32,000 nt of DNA from Chloroflexota bacterium (GTDB taxonomy: Bacteria > Chloroflexota > Dehalococcoidia > Lucifugimonadales > Lucifugimonadaceae). The DNA lies in assembly GCA_013204555.1 (NCBI GenBank), contig JABMNO010000024.1, positions 14,397 to 46,396 of the forward strand. The letters are read 5' to 3'. The notes beneath the pieces were generated by a model, which did no database searches, was not told the DNA's origin, and saw only the letters and a list, made by a program, of their open reading frames with translations. The position numbers and the translations under genes were made by a program. Within the stretch, counting starts at the first letter, position 1; each line of letters starts with the position of its first letter. Positions 1 through 8,635 of this stretch are shown piece after piece.

Positions 1-1
1 G

Positions 2-547
2 ATTTTCGCCATCGCGCGGGGAATCGGTGCGATCGCTGGTTCGGAACGGAGTGGCGAGATGGAATTGCTGCTGTCGAATCCGATATCCCGACGCCACATT
101 TTGAGCCAGCGAGCGGCCGCGATGCTGCTCTCCACGTCGGCGCTCGGAGTGGTTATATGGGCGGTACTGGCAAGCGGCATTCCCCTTAACGTCTGGCCCG
201 AACTGTCGTTCTGGGCGCTGACGCAAGCGTCTATCAGCCTCATACTGCTGGGTTGGGCTTTCGGAACACTCGCAATCTGCGCGAGCGGCATCACAGGCAA
301 CACAGGCCTTAGTTACGGAGTCATTGGAGCCTTCGCTGTTGCCACCTATCTGATCAACGGCCTTGCGCAGAGCGTTACCGTGCTGGAGCCATTTCGATGG
401 CTGACGCCGTTCCATTACTACTTAGGCAACGACCCGCTGGTGAATGGAATCGAGATCTGGCACTCTCTAGTTCTGGTTGCGATCATCGTAGGTTCATACC
501 TGCTTGCCGTCCGGTCATTTGATCGACGAGACCTAAATTTGGCCTGA
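2..547 (+). CDS. ABC-2 type transporter permease, C-terminal part (5' end outside the window)
   Basis: The frame is open from the window edge (IFAIARGIGAIAGSERSGEMELLLSNPISRR...). The E-x-x-G-x-(M/L)-E-LLLS-P-SRR string followed by several hydrophobic spans is typical of ABC-2 exporter permeases. TGA stop at 545-547. Confidence 0.7.
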   Translation: MFAIARGIGAIAGSERSGEMELLLSNPISRRHILSQRAAAMLLSTSALGVVIWAVLASGIPLNVWPELSFWALTQASISLILLGWAFGTLAICASGITGNTGLSYGVIGAFAVATYLINGLAQSVTVLEPFRWLTPFHYYLGNDPLVNGIEIWHSLVLVAIIVGSYLLAVRSFDRRDLNLA

Positions 548-574
548 CTCTACCTGCAGACACAGCCCCTGCGA

Positions 575-1423
575 TCAATCGAACCAGTAGTCATCGACAT
601 CTGCCACCGCCCGATAGCCGATCGCTGCGTAAATGTGATTCGAGGTTGGATTCGCAAGATCAGTGAAAAGGCAACAGAAACGCTTTCCACGATCGATCAT
701 TGTCTGGCTCACTGAGGCCACAAGAGCGCTCGCGTAGCCGTTGTTTCGTCGATCCGGCGGGGTGTAGACGCCACGAATAGAGACTCCGTTCTCGGTCGCA
801 CGCCCATACAGGGTCATTGTGACAACCTCCCTATCCTCCCATAGGTATGCCTGTTCGTAAGCGATGGCGGTAGCTATCACGTCTGATGGCGATGAGTGAG
901 GCTTGGTACCGGCGTCCTTCGCAAAGGCCACCAACCATTCGGCCAAAAGGGGCACGTCCCGATCTGTGGCCGCGCGAAAGTGGCCCCGAGGTCGGACCGG
1001 AGGGATCACTTCCGTCAGCTCATGAATCCTCATCTTCATTCCGGCGCGACTTATTTTTCGTGACTTCCGGCACCAGCGCTCCGCAAATTCCCGCGCTGTT
1101 TCTGATTCTGCCTGTACCCCGGGGTTATCACCGTCCGCGCAGTGGATTCCATCAATCAGACAATCCAGTTCAGCTCCCGAGGCGCGTGTCATCAACAGCT
1201 TGTGTGGCGGGGTTCTGAGTGCTGCTATTCGTGGCCGACCATCTTCCCGCACCGCGTAGTAACCCGGATCACCCGTGTACGACTCCTGAGGAATCTCTCC
1301 AGTTGCCAACCCTCGGGCAATTCCCAGCAAAAGGCTATGTTCGGCCTCCCGCCGGCGCAACAGCGGATCAACGGTGGCCAGGAACTCAGCCGGGCCATCA
1401 AATATGACGAACTCCAATGGCAT
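575..1423 (-). CDS. GNAT family N-acetyltransferase
   Basis: The C-terminal region carries a GNAT motif-A-like acetyl-CoA site (RRNNGYASALVASVS) and NPTSNHIYAAIGYR. ATG at 1423 is preceded by GAGGG about 7 nt upstream. The TTG at 1441 from the ORF track is an alternative start. Plus-strand ORFs across this gene are antisense shadows. Confidence 0.75.
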   Translation of the reverse strand: MPLEFVIFDGPAEFLATVDPLLRRREAEHSLLLGIARGLATGEIPQESYTGDPGYYAVREDGRPRIAALRTPPHKLLMTRASGAELDCLIDGIHCADGDNPGVQAESETAREFAERWCRKSRKISRAGMKMRIHELTEVIPPVRPRGHFRAATDRDVPLLAEWLVAFAKDAGTKPHSSPSDVIATAIAYEQAYLWEDREVVTMTLYGRATENGVSIRGVYTPPDRRNNGYASALVASVSQTMIDRGKRFCCLFTDLANPTSNHIYAAIGYRAVADVDDYWFD

Positions 1424-1549
1424 TGTTTTGCCCTCGCTCAATAGCCGTGTCGAAATGAACGCAAAGCCTATCGGTAGTCACTACGCCCCGTGCGCTCACG
1501 CAATCTCACCGGACCCAATCCCCGCAGCCGTTAGGGATAATCAACACCG

Positions 1550-2473
1550 CTAGCCAGTGAACGTCAACACGCGCAACTCGTCAAAAGTACAACCTGAGTT
1601 CAGGAACGAGATCGACAGAGTGAACAGCAAAGGGTGATCTACTTTTTTGTCAATTAGAGCCTGAACGGCAAGGTGCGCGTTCTGGCAGACAGTAACTCCA
1701 GCCACCACCGTAAGCGCGAGATAATTCGGAACCGATTTCGCACTATTCTCCAGGCAGTATGTGGCAATACCAACCTGATAGTTAAGTGATCTGAGGTCGG
1801 TGGCCTTCCTGCTCAAATCACTCGTAAATTGACCGGCCCTTTCCGCCACGCAATCCAGATCGCTGTGAGCAAAGAATGGAGGTAGGCCTCCGACTGGTTT
1901 CTCCGCGGTTGGAGGCGCATCAACCGTTATTACAGGCTCTGCAACGCGAGGATCTGCGACGAATATCCCGCATTCCACAAAGGTGTCAATGAGTTCTTCC
2001 GATTCCTCCATTGACAGGTTCTGAAGCATCTCCAGACTGCCGTTATTGATCAGGCAATCGATCTGCTCGACCGTGAAATCAGGCGCATCACCTTGCTCAA
2101 GGCTCGTACTGCCAGTGCAAACCAAAAGGGAACGCAACGCCAAAAGACTGAGCACTTCCGTTCCTTCGATGGCCTTTGTTATCGCCTCAACATTACCGCC
2201 AAGCTCCGTTTGAAGACAGATCAATTCGTTGATGCTGAACAGGCCGCCTACAGGCTCAATGGTGGGAGCCAATCTCGCGGGTAGCGGCGACGCGGTGGGC
2301 GCTACGAAATCATCCTCTGGCTCGCCATCAACCATCAAAGGTGAGAACAATTCTGAGAGTTCAGGAGTCGGCGTGATGCCGCCGACGGGCTCCTCACTGT
2401 CCCCTCCTCCACATGCGACAAGGGCGAGCACAGCGAATAGCGTCACGATGGAACCGCGGGCGGAAACACTCAT
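1550..2473 (-). CDS. Putative lipoprotein with four Cys-pair repeat modules (unknown function)
   Basis: ATG at 2473 gives MSVSARGSIVTLFAVLALVAC-GGG, a classic lipoprotein signal with lipobox LVAC. The mature part contains four ~40-45-aa units, each bracketed by two Cys (INELICL...LLVC; VEQIDCL...FVEC; HSDLDCV...ATYC; VTVCQ...NSGC). The longer start at 2557 is possible. No family recognised. Confidence 0.6.
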   Translation of the reverse strand: MSVSARGSIVTLFAVLALVACGGGDSEEPVGGITPTPELSELFSPLMVDGEPEDDFVAPTASPLPARLAPTIEPVGGLFSINELICLQTELGGNVEAITKAIEGTEVLSLLALRSLLVCTGSTSLEQGDAPDFTVEQIDCLINNGSLEMLQNLSMEESEELIDTFVECGIFVADPRVAEPVITVDAPPTAEKPVGGLPPFFAHSDLDCVAERAGQFTSDLSRKATDLRSLNYQVGIATYCLENSAKSVPNYLALTVVAGVTVCQNAHLAVQALIDKKVDHPLLFTLSISFLNSGCTFDELRVLTFTG

Positions 2474-2663
2474 CGGGTGCGCCAAAGTCGCATCGCCGTT
2501 CGCCACACCACTCTTGAGATCAACGCCTGCACTCCACTCTTTTTGCCCACGGCTCATGTTCTATACCGCAGAATATCGACATCAGCGGATGCGTGCCAGA
2601 ATCGTTCTGGCACTACATGTACCGATTTCTCACAACTGTCGTAAATCTATTTCGGAGTCAACG

Positions 2664-3878
2664 ATGACGCACTGGAGTGACGGATTCAAGGATGCTAGTG
2701 GCAAAGGGCCGTTGGACGGGATTCGCGTGCTGGACCTTGGCCGGTACCAGGCTGGCCCACGCGCCGGACTCATCTTTGCACGGCTTGGCGCGGATGTGAT
2801 CAAGGTCGAGCCACCTGGCCGAGGTGACGAGAGTCGTTCAGGCAACCCAAAAGTTCGCGGTCAAAGCGCCTACTGGGTGCAGTACAACTCTGGAAAACGC
2901 AGCGTGACCCTCGATCTTCGATCTACTGTCGGCAAAGAAATACTCTCGGATCTCGTGAAACAGTCCGACATCTTGATTCAGAATTTCAGGCCGGGAGTCA
3001 TCGATGAAATGGGCTTCGGCTATGACGACCTCAGGTCAATCAACAAGCGCATCGTGATGATCAACGTCTCTGCCTACGGCCAGTATGGACCCTTGTCTGA
3101 GCAGATTGGGTTCGATCAGGTTGGCCAGGCAATGAGCGGCCTGATGTCGCTGAACGGTGAGCCAGAAGGAAGGCCCATGGTCGTTCCATTCCCAATTGTC
3201 GATCGGATCACAGCACTGCACGCAACCATCGGCGCGCTGGCAGCACTTAGAGAACGCGATATATCCGGTGAAGGACAGGCGATCGATGTCTGCCTCGCAG
3301 ACTCCGCCTACACAACAGTTGAGATTCCCGTGTCGGCATACCTTGACGATGGGCAGGAACCCCACCGAACCGGTAACGAGTATGAGCTGGCCAACATGTA
3401 TGAGACAAACGACGGGTTCGTCTACGTCGCGAGTTACGGTAGCGACAATATTTTCCCGCGTCTTGCGAAGGCAATCGGCCACGAAGATTGGAGTACAGAC
3501 TCGCGGTTCGACAGCGTATCGAGTCGCGCAGAGAACAACGGCATCGTTCAAGCAGCCCTCATCGGGTGGTGCGCAGCAAAAACTGCTGAGGCGGCCTCAT
3601 GCGAACTCAACGGCGCAGACATCCCAAGTTCGCCAGTGAACCAGATATCGCAGGCCGCAACGCACCCACATGTGACCGAAAGAGAGGTCATGGTTGAGGT
3701 GGAAGACGCCCGCGCTGGCTCCATGCACGTCACCGGCCGCGTGATCAAGTTCAGCCGGTCGGGGATGCCAGTCGGACCCGCACCTGAAATCGGGCAACAC
3801 ACGGACGAAGTCCTCTCCGATATCCTGGGCAAATCTTCAGATGAGATCACCGCTCTCAGAGACTCAGGCGCGGTCTAG
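2664..3878 (+). CDS. CaiB/BaiF family (class III) CoA-transferase
   Basis: MTHWSD...PLDGIRVLDLGRYQAGPRAGLIFARLGADVIKVEPP is the canonical N-terminal signature of family III CoA-transferases. GGAG lies 6 nt upstream of ATG 2664. The 2229-2663 extension in the ORF track is low-complexity and overlaps the opposite-strand lipoprotein gene, so I reject it. Confidence 0.9.
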   Translation: MTHWSDGFKDASGKGPLDGIRVLDLGRYQAGPRAGLIFARLGADVIKVEPPGRGDESRSGNPKVRGQSAYWVQYNSGKRSVTLDLRSTVGKEILSDLVKQSDILIQNFRPGVIDEMGFGYDDLRSINKRIVMINVSAYGQYGPLSEQIGFDQVGQAMSGLMSLNGEPEGRPMVVPFPIVDRITALHATIGALAALRERDISGEGQAIDVCLADSAYTTVEIPVSAYLDDGQEPHRTGNEYELANMYETNDGFVYVASYGSDNIFPRLAKAIGHEDWSTDSRFDSVSSRAENNGIVQAALIGWCAAKTAEAASCELNGADIPSSPVNQISQAATHPHVTEREVMVEVEDARAGSMHVTGRVIKFSRSGMPVGPAPEIGQHTDEVLSDILGKSSDEITALRDSGAV

Positions 3879-3898
3879 GTGGCATCAGCCCGACCAAG

Positions 3899-4168
3899 CT
3901 ACTCCAGAATTCCGTTGTGGGCCTCAAACCTGAGCGTTTGATCACCCACGTTTCTGTTGAACATGGGGGGTGCCCCGGCTATGCGCTCTGATGATCTGGA
4001 CTGAAATGCGTTGAGGGCGTCAGGATCAAAAAAGGCCGTGATTGTGAGACCGCAAGTTTGATCATTCAGAACATGTTCGCTTTTGAGCCGATCGAACGGA
4101 TATGTGAGGGATTCGTTGTCAGATTCAATCGTCAGCATACGCGCCGAGTATCTCCAGTTCCGGTACAA
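3899..4168 (-). pseudogene. DUF3179-like gene fragment (middle portion only)
   Basis: ...ESLTYPFDRLKSEHVLNDQTCGLTITAFFDPDALNAF...MFNRNVGDQTLRFEAHNGILE* fits my recollection of the DUF3179 pattern (aYP..L....vvND.vgg.p..vf...a....f.R.v.g..LtFe..dg). It lacks the N-terminal signal region and the C-terminal FWFAW tail. Confidence 0.4.
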
Positions 4169-4170
4169 CC

Positions 4171-4395
4171 TACCTGCGTGAGGCCAACGGACAGGTGCTC
4201 ATGTTTATTGGTAATTACGATGGAAGATTCCGTTATGAGCAAACGAATTCGATATGGGACCGCTTTGGCGAGGCGGTTGAAGGCGAGCTCGCCGGAACGC
4301 AACTCGATCCAGTCATCAACGGCGACCACTTCTGGTTCGCCTGGGCCGCGTTCCATCCAGACACAGAGCTAATCATCTCGCTGGATCAGATCTAG
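4171..4395 (+). pseudogene. DUF3179-like gene fragment (C-terminal portion only)
   Basis: YLREANGQVLMFIGNYDGRFRYEQTNSIWDRFGEAVEGELAGTQLDPVINGDHFWFAWAAFHPDTELI matches the DUF3179 C-terminal pattern (LtF...dg.f.d.eT.S.W...G.a..G.L.G..L.pv....FWFAWaaFhPdT). There is no plausible N-terminus; the in-frame stop is at 4105-4107. Confidence 0.5.
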
Positions 4396-4570
4396 ATAGT
4401 CGAGGCTCCATGTCCTCCGAAACTCCGACGGCACGCCCAATCGTCGGAGTTTCGCCTAATGCGCTCACTGTGGACTCATCGTCTACAATCCTCCCGCACC
4501 AGCAGACGCCTTGCCCACCCATCCGGCAGGGGTAGTCCATGCAACTACCTTCCTGGAAAAGAGGATACTC

Positions 4571-5995
4571 ATGACCACTCGCGGGACTGACGAACGCCCG
4601 AATTTCCTGATCATCATGTCCGACGAACACGGAGCCAAGTTCAGCGGCACGTACGGACACCCCCTGGTTAGCACGCCGAATATGGACCGCCTAGCGGCGA
4701 TGGGTGTGACGTTTGATAACGGCTACTGCAACTCCCCGTTGTGCGTCCCATCCCGAGCGTCATTCATGACCGGCCAGTACGTCAGCAACACAAAGACCTA
4801 TGACAACTCGACCCCGATGCGCGTCGATGCCGTCACGTGGCCGTATCTGTTGCGATCACAAGGCTACGACGCTGTTCTCGACGGGAAGATGCACCTCATT
4901 GGCCCTGACGCGCTGCATGGATTCGACCGTCAACTCGCTCACGATCCACATGCGGAGGAACTCGTACACGAGCATTATCAGTGGAAAGACGGATGTCCCA
5001 CATCAGACGCGCCATGGCCGTCGGTTTTTGAGGCAGGTCCCGGTACCACGCCCATGATCGAAGCTGACGACGAGATGGAGAAGGCCGCGCTCGAATACCT
5101 TCAGCAACCAGGCCGACACGATAATCCCTGGGCCATCTGTGTAGGTTTCATCGCTCCGCACTTCCCCTTCGTGGTCCCGGAGCCTTATTTCTCGAAATAC
5201 TATCCAGACAGCGTGGACATGCCAGATATCCCGGATGGACATCTCGACAATCTGCCCCCGGCGGCGAAACGCCTTGGAGGTATGTTTGGCGTCAACCATA
5301 AGTACACCGACGACGAGGTTAAACGGGCCCGCGCCGCGTACTATGGCCTTGTCGAATGGATGGACGCGAAGATCGGCCGTTTACTGGATTCGCTGGAGGA
5401 AAATGGACTCGCCGAAAACACCGTAATCATCTACACCTCTGATCACGGCGACGCCCTGGGTGAGCACGGTCTCTGGCGCAAAATGAGTATGTTTGAGGCG
5501 TCATCGCACATACCCATTCAGATCGCCTGGCCCGGACACCTTCCCGCAGGCAAACGGGTATCGCAGCCGATGTCTAACGTGGACGTCACTGCCACTATCG
5601 CAGACATCGCCGGATTCGATCCTGCTGAATGGCAGATGGACGGCGATAGTCTCGTGCCGTTGATGAACGGCGATGAGGCATCCTGGAAGAATTTCGCCCT
5701 CGTAGAACATCTCGCGCACGGAACCGAACGCGCACTAGTGATGGTTCGGCGCGGAAGCTGGAAACTAACCTACGGCCACGGCGACCCGCCAGAGTTGGAA
5801 CTCTACGATCTAGATACCGACCCCGGAGAGTTCAACAATCTGGCAAACGACCCTGCCCACGCCGCAAAGCAGCAGGAGATGATGGACCTCCTGATGCAGG
5901 AGTGGGGAGACCCCGCGGAGATCCAGAGTCAGGTCTTGCAAAGCCAGACGGATAGAGGCGTAATTCGTGCCGTGGACGGCGGAAAGATTTTCTAA
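4571..5995 (+). CDS. Cys-type sulfatase, choline-sulfatase (BetC)-like
   Basis: ATG 4571 is preceded by AAGAGGA. The protein starts MTTRGTDERPNFLIIMSDEHG (metal-binding SDxH). It has NSPLCVPSRASFMTGQ (C-x-P-S-R formylglycine motif, Cys type), TSDHGD and a C-terminal LYDLDTDPGEFNNLA string, all as in choline-sulfatase-like enzymes. Confidence 0.9.
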   Translation: MTTRGTDERPNFLIIMSDEHGAKFSGTYGHPLVSTPNMDRLAAMGVTFDNGYCNSPLCVPSRASFMTGQYVSNTKTYDNSTPMRVDAVTWPYLLRSQGYDAVLDGKMHLIGPDALHGFDRQLAHDPHAEELVHEHYQWKDGCPTSDAPWPSVFEAGPGTTPMIEADDEMEKAALEYLQQPGRHDNPWAICVGFIAPHFPFVVPEPYFSKYYPDSVDMPDIPDGHLDNLPPAAKRLGGMFGVNHKYTDDEVKRARAAYYGLVEWMDAKIGRLLDSLEENGLAENTVIIYTSDHGDALGEHGLWRKMSMFEASSHIPIQIAWPGHLPAGKRVSQPMSNVDVTATIADIAGFDPAEWQMDGDSLVPLMNGDEASWKNFALVEHLAHGTERALVMVRRGSWKLTYGHGDPPELELYDLDTDPGEFNNLANDPAHAAKQQEMMDLLMQEWGDPAEIQSQVLQSQTDRGVIRAVDGGKIF

Positions 5996-6023
5996 ATCTT
6001 TGGAGTTATGAGCGGATAATTCT

Positions 6024-6072
6024 GGGCGGAATTAGGTACCCTGGGGCTCTCGAAGGGCACCTAATTCCACCC
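6024..6072. terminator. Long imperfect hairpin between convergent genes (candidate bidirectional terminator or RNA-stabilising element)
   Basis: gggcggaattaggtaccct (6024-6042) pairs with agggcacctaattccaccc (6054-6072): 19 positions with 2 mismatches and an 11-nt loop. It lies between the sulfatase stop (5995) and the GRE stop (6151). No U-tract on either strand, so intrinsic termination is uncertain. Confidence 0.35.
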
Positions 6073-6150
6073 AGCAATTCTCTACATGCGGGCTCACGAT
6101 CCCCATGGGACCGTGAGGCCATCAGCTCAGCCATATTGATCCGCCAGGCG

Positions 6151-8562
6151 CTACACGAGCCCGTGTTCCACTTTGCCAATGTGGAGTAGCTGCTGTTCCC
6201 GACCCAGCATCACGAAGTAGGCGGACCACCCGCCCATCCGGACCCGAAGATGTCGATACTTCTCCGGTTCTTCCATGGCGGCCTTGAGTTCGTTGACGTC
6301 CGTGACGGTGACGGTCAACATGTTGCCTCGCATGGCAATAAATGCCCGGATAAGTCCGGCCAGACGGTCTGTACCTGTGTCGCCTTTGAGCCCACTTGAT
6401 GAGAATCGCAGGTCCAGTGGAGCGCCTGCCGCCAGGTCTGTGACCCGCATCTTGACGTACGAATTGATCGCTGAAGTTGGGCCGGAAATATCCGTTCCAG
6501 GGGCAGGTGAGAAATTCGGTGCTATCGGTTCGCCTGCATAACGTCCATCGGCAGAGGCACCCACCTCTTTGCCAATCATGGAGTACCAGGAGAATGTGCC
6601 GACCGAGCAGGGGAAGATTACGTCTGGGAACTGGGCGGAATGATGTCTGCTACGGTCCACAAAAAAGTCCATCATTTCGCGAGCGATGTCGTCAGCATAG
6701 GGGTCATTGTTGGCCCACTTCGGCGCCCGCGCCATAAGCCGCTGTCGCAGGATGTCGTGGCCTCCCCAATCAGAGTCAAGCGCCTCTTTGAGTGCAGACA
6801 TGGTCAGAGATCTGTCCTCGTAGACCATCTTTTTGATGGCGGACATGGAGTTGACCGCGTTGGAAACCGCCTCACCCATCACATGCCAGATGATGTAACG
6901 GGCGCCATTACGAATTACATCCTGTCTGTTTTCGATGCAGTCCAGCGTCATCGCCGATAGGAACGGATTCCAGTTGTACTTGCCGTGGCTACTGTGCTCT
7001 AGCGTGTCGTTCTTTATGGCGTTGCCGATGTACTCAATGCCCTGCCTGAGTTGCTCATCGGTTTGCGCTTTCCAGGCGTCCATCAGATCTTCAAAAGTTT
7101 CGAACTTGGACGGTGCCTCGGTCTCTACTCCCATCTTGCCGTGTACCTTCGATTCACCTTTGTTAAGGGCAAGCTCAAGGAACAGCAAGAAGTTCATGCC
7201 ACGGATCAACTCCTGGTCTGACCTGCCCTCGATCATCGTCTCCCAGCAGTTGGAATTCGCGTAGTCGCGGGCATCCTCAAGTTTTACGCCGAGGTCGACG
7301 TAGGCCTGGACGATTACGTCATCATTATTGACGTACGGCATGCCGCTTCCGGCCTTCAGAACCTGGGCCGTGCGCCGAATCAGCTCTGGAGGAGATCCGC
7401 CGTGAAGCCGGATGGTTACGACGGGGCTTGTGTAAGCGAACTTTTCCTGGGCGTTGAGGCAAAGGTACGTTAGTTCGTTGGTGCCGTCGGACCCGTTCGG
7501 CTTGATGCCACTCAGAAGTATGTTCTGACCAAAATGATTGATGGCGTCTGCATGGTCAGTTGCGTAACTGAACCGACGTCTGTGCCCTGCCTGCCAGGTA
7601 TCTGGACCCGTGTCGACAACGATTCCGGCCTTCCGTGATTCTTTGGCGTCACCGCTGTCTACGTCATCGGGAGAAACAAAGAAGATGTCACGATCAATCT
7701 GGGCGCGGTCGTTGAATCGCAGCCACAGGCAATCTACGAGTTCCTGGGCGGCCTCAAGAGTGATCGCGTTGCTGTCGAGATCACGCTTGAGGGCAGGGTA
7801 GAGGTACTGGTCGATGCGACCACAAGATATGTTCGTGCCGGTTGAGAACATGACGAAGTGCATGAACCAGAACGACTGGACCGCCTCTTGGAAAGTTCGG
7901 GGGGCGTGTTCAGGCACGCGTCGACATATCTCAGCTATTGATTTCAACTCTTCCCGGCGGGACGGATCGGATTCTTCGTGCGCTTTCGATTGAGCGAGAT
8001 CGGCGTAGCGATGGGCGTGTTCTATCACCGCTTCACACTCCAGCTTCATCGCCCTGAAGAAACCGATCTTCTCATCACGTTCGGAGCCTGACGGAAGGTT
8101 TTCAACGTCTTTGAGCCCTGCCTGGATACGCAGGAAAACCGCACCTATTCCGGTGTCCATCACATCGTAGTAATACGGAGTCTTATGACCCAGTTGCGAC
8201 GCGATACTTGCACCGCTATCGGCGGCATCCTGAAGTTCATGGTCAAGAGCGAATCCAGGCATACGCGTTCTTACGATTACACCGTCAAGAAGTGAGTTCC
8301 CAACGATCAGATCGTTGGCTTCCAACGCGATGGGCATTTCGCGAAGGGCACGAGTAAACGCCATTGCGTGACGAACAACGATGGGTTCACTATCTGCGCT
8401 GGATTCTGAGAGGATTGTGAGATCGCCACCCCAGGTGATCTGAGATTGGGTCATTCGTTTCTGCAGCACATCCTGCAGCCGTTGCACTCTCGCGCTGAGT
8501 ACGGTCAGCGCATCATCAGACAGCGTGGACGGTATATCTCGTGCACCAGCAATGGTCGCCAT
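6151..8562 (-). CDS. Glycyl radical enzyme, PFL2/glycerol-dehydratase-like family, divergent (substrate unknown)
   Basis: 803 aa. GGAG lies upstream of ATG 8562. Family-typical strings are present: PRTFQEAVQSFWFMHF...SCGRIDQYLYP, NELTYLCLNA, PVVTIRLH, GMPYVNNDDV and EDARDYANSNCWE (Cys codon 7246-7248 with Glu at +2). The C-terminal radical-glycine region is RHLRVRMGGWSAYF (Gly codon 6229-6231). It is immediately downstream of a GRE activase. Confidence 0.9.
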   Translation of the reverse strand: MATIAGARDIPSTLSDDALTVLSARVQRLQDVLQKRMTQSQITWGGDLTILSESSADSEPIVVRHAMAFTRALREMPIALEANDLIVGNSLLDGVIVRTRMPGFALDHELQDAADSGASIASQLGHKTPYYYDVMDTGIGAVFLRIQAGLKDVENLPSGSERDEKIGFFRAMKLECEAVIEHAHRYADLAQSKAHEESDPSRREELKSIAEICRRVPEHAPRTFQEAVQSFWFMHFVMFSTGTNISCGRIDQYLYPALKRDLDSNAITLEAAQELVDCLWLRFNDRAQIDRDIFFVSPDDVDSGDAKESRKAGIVVDTGPDTWQAGHRRRFSYATDHADAINHFGQNILLSGIKPNGSDGTNELTYLCLNAQEKFAYTSPVVTIRLHGGSPPELIRRTAQVLKAGSGMPYVNNDDVIVQAYVDLGVKLEDARDYANSNCWETMIEGRSDQELIRGMNFLLFLELALNKGESKVHGKMGVETEAPSKFETFEDLMDAWKAQTDEQLRQGIEYIGNAIKNDTLEHSSHGKYNWNPFLSAMTLDCIENRQDVIRNGARYIIWHVMGEAVSNAVNSMSAIKKMVYEDRSLTMSALKEALDSDWGGHDILRQRLMARAPKWANNDPYADDIAREMMDFFVDRSRHHSAQFPDVIFPCSVGTFSWYSMIGKEVGASADGRYAGEPIAPNFSPAPGTDISGPTSAINSYVKMRVTDLAAGAPLDLRFSSSGLKGDTGTDRLAGLIRAFIAMRGNMLTVTVTDVNELKAAMEEPEKYRHLRVRMGGWSAYFVMLGREQQLLHIGKVEHGLV

Positions 8563-8635
8563 GAATTAACTCCGTGTTGTCCGGTTGTCATGTTGGCGTC
8601 GTTGCTCTATTACGTCCGTGATCAGCGAGTGAGTC

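Noticed and set aside
2229-2663. N-terminal 145-aa extension of the CoA-transferase ORF
   Set aside because: The extension is Ser/Pro/Gly-rich and overlaps the opposite-strand lipoprotein gene. The conserved CoA-transferase N-terminus begins at the ATG at 2664, which has its own GGAG.
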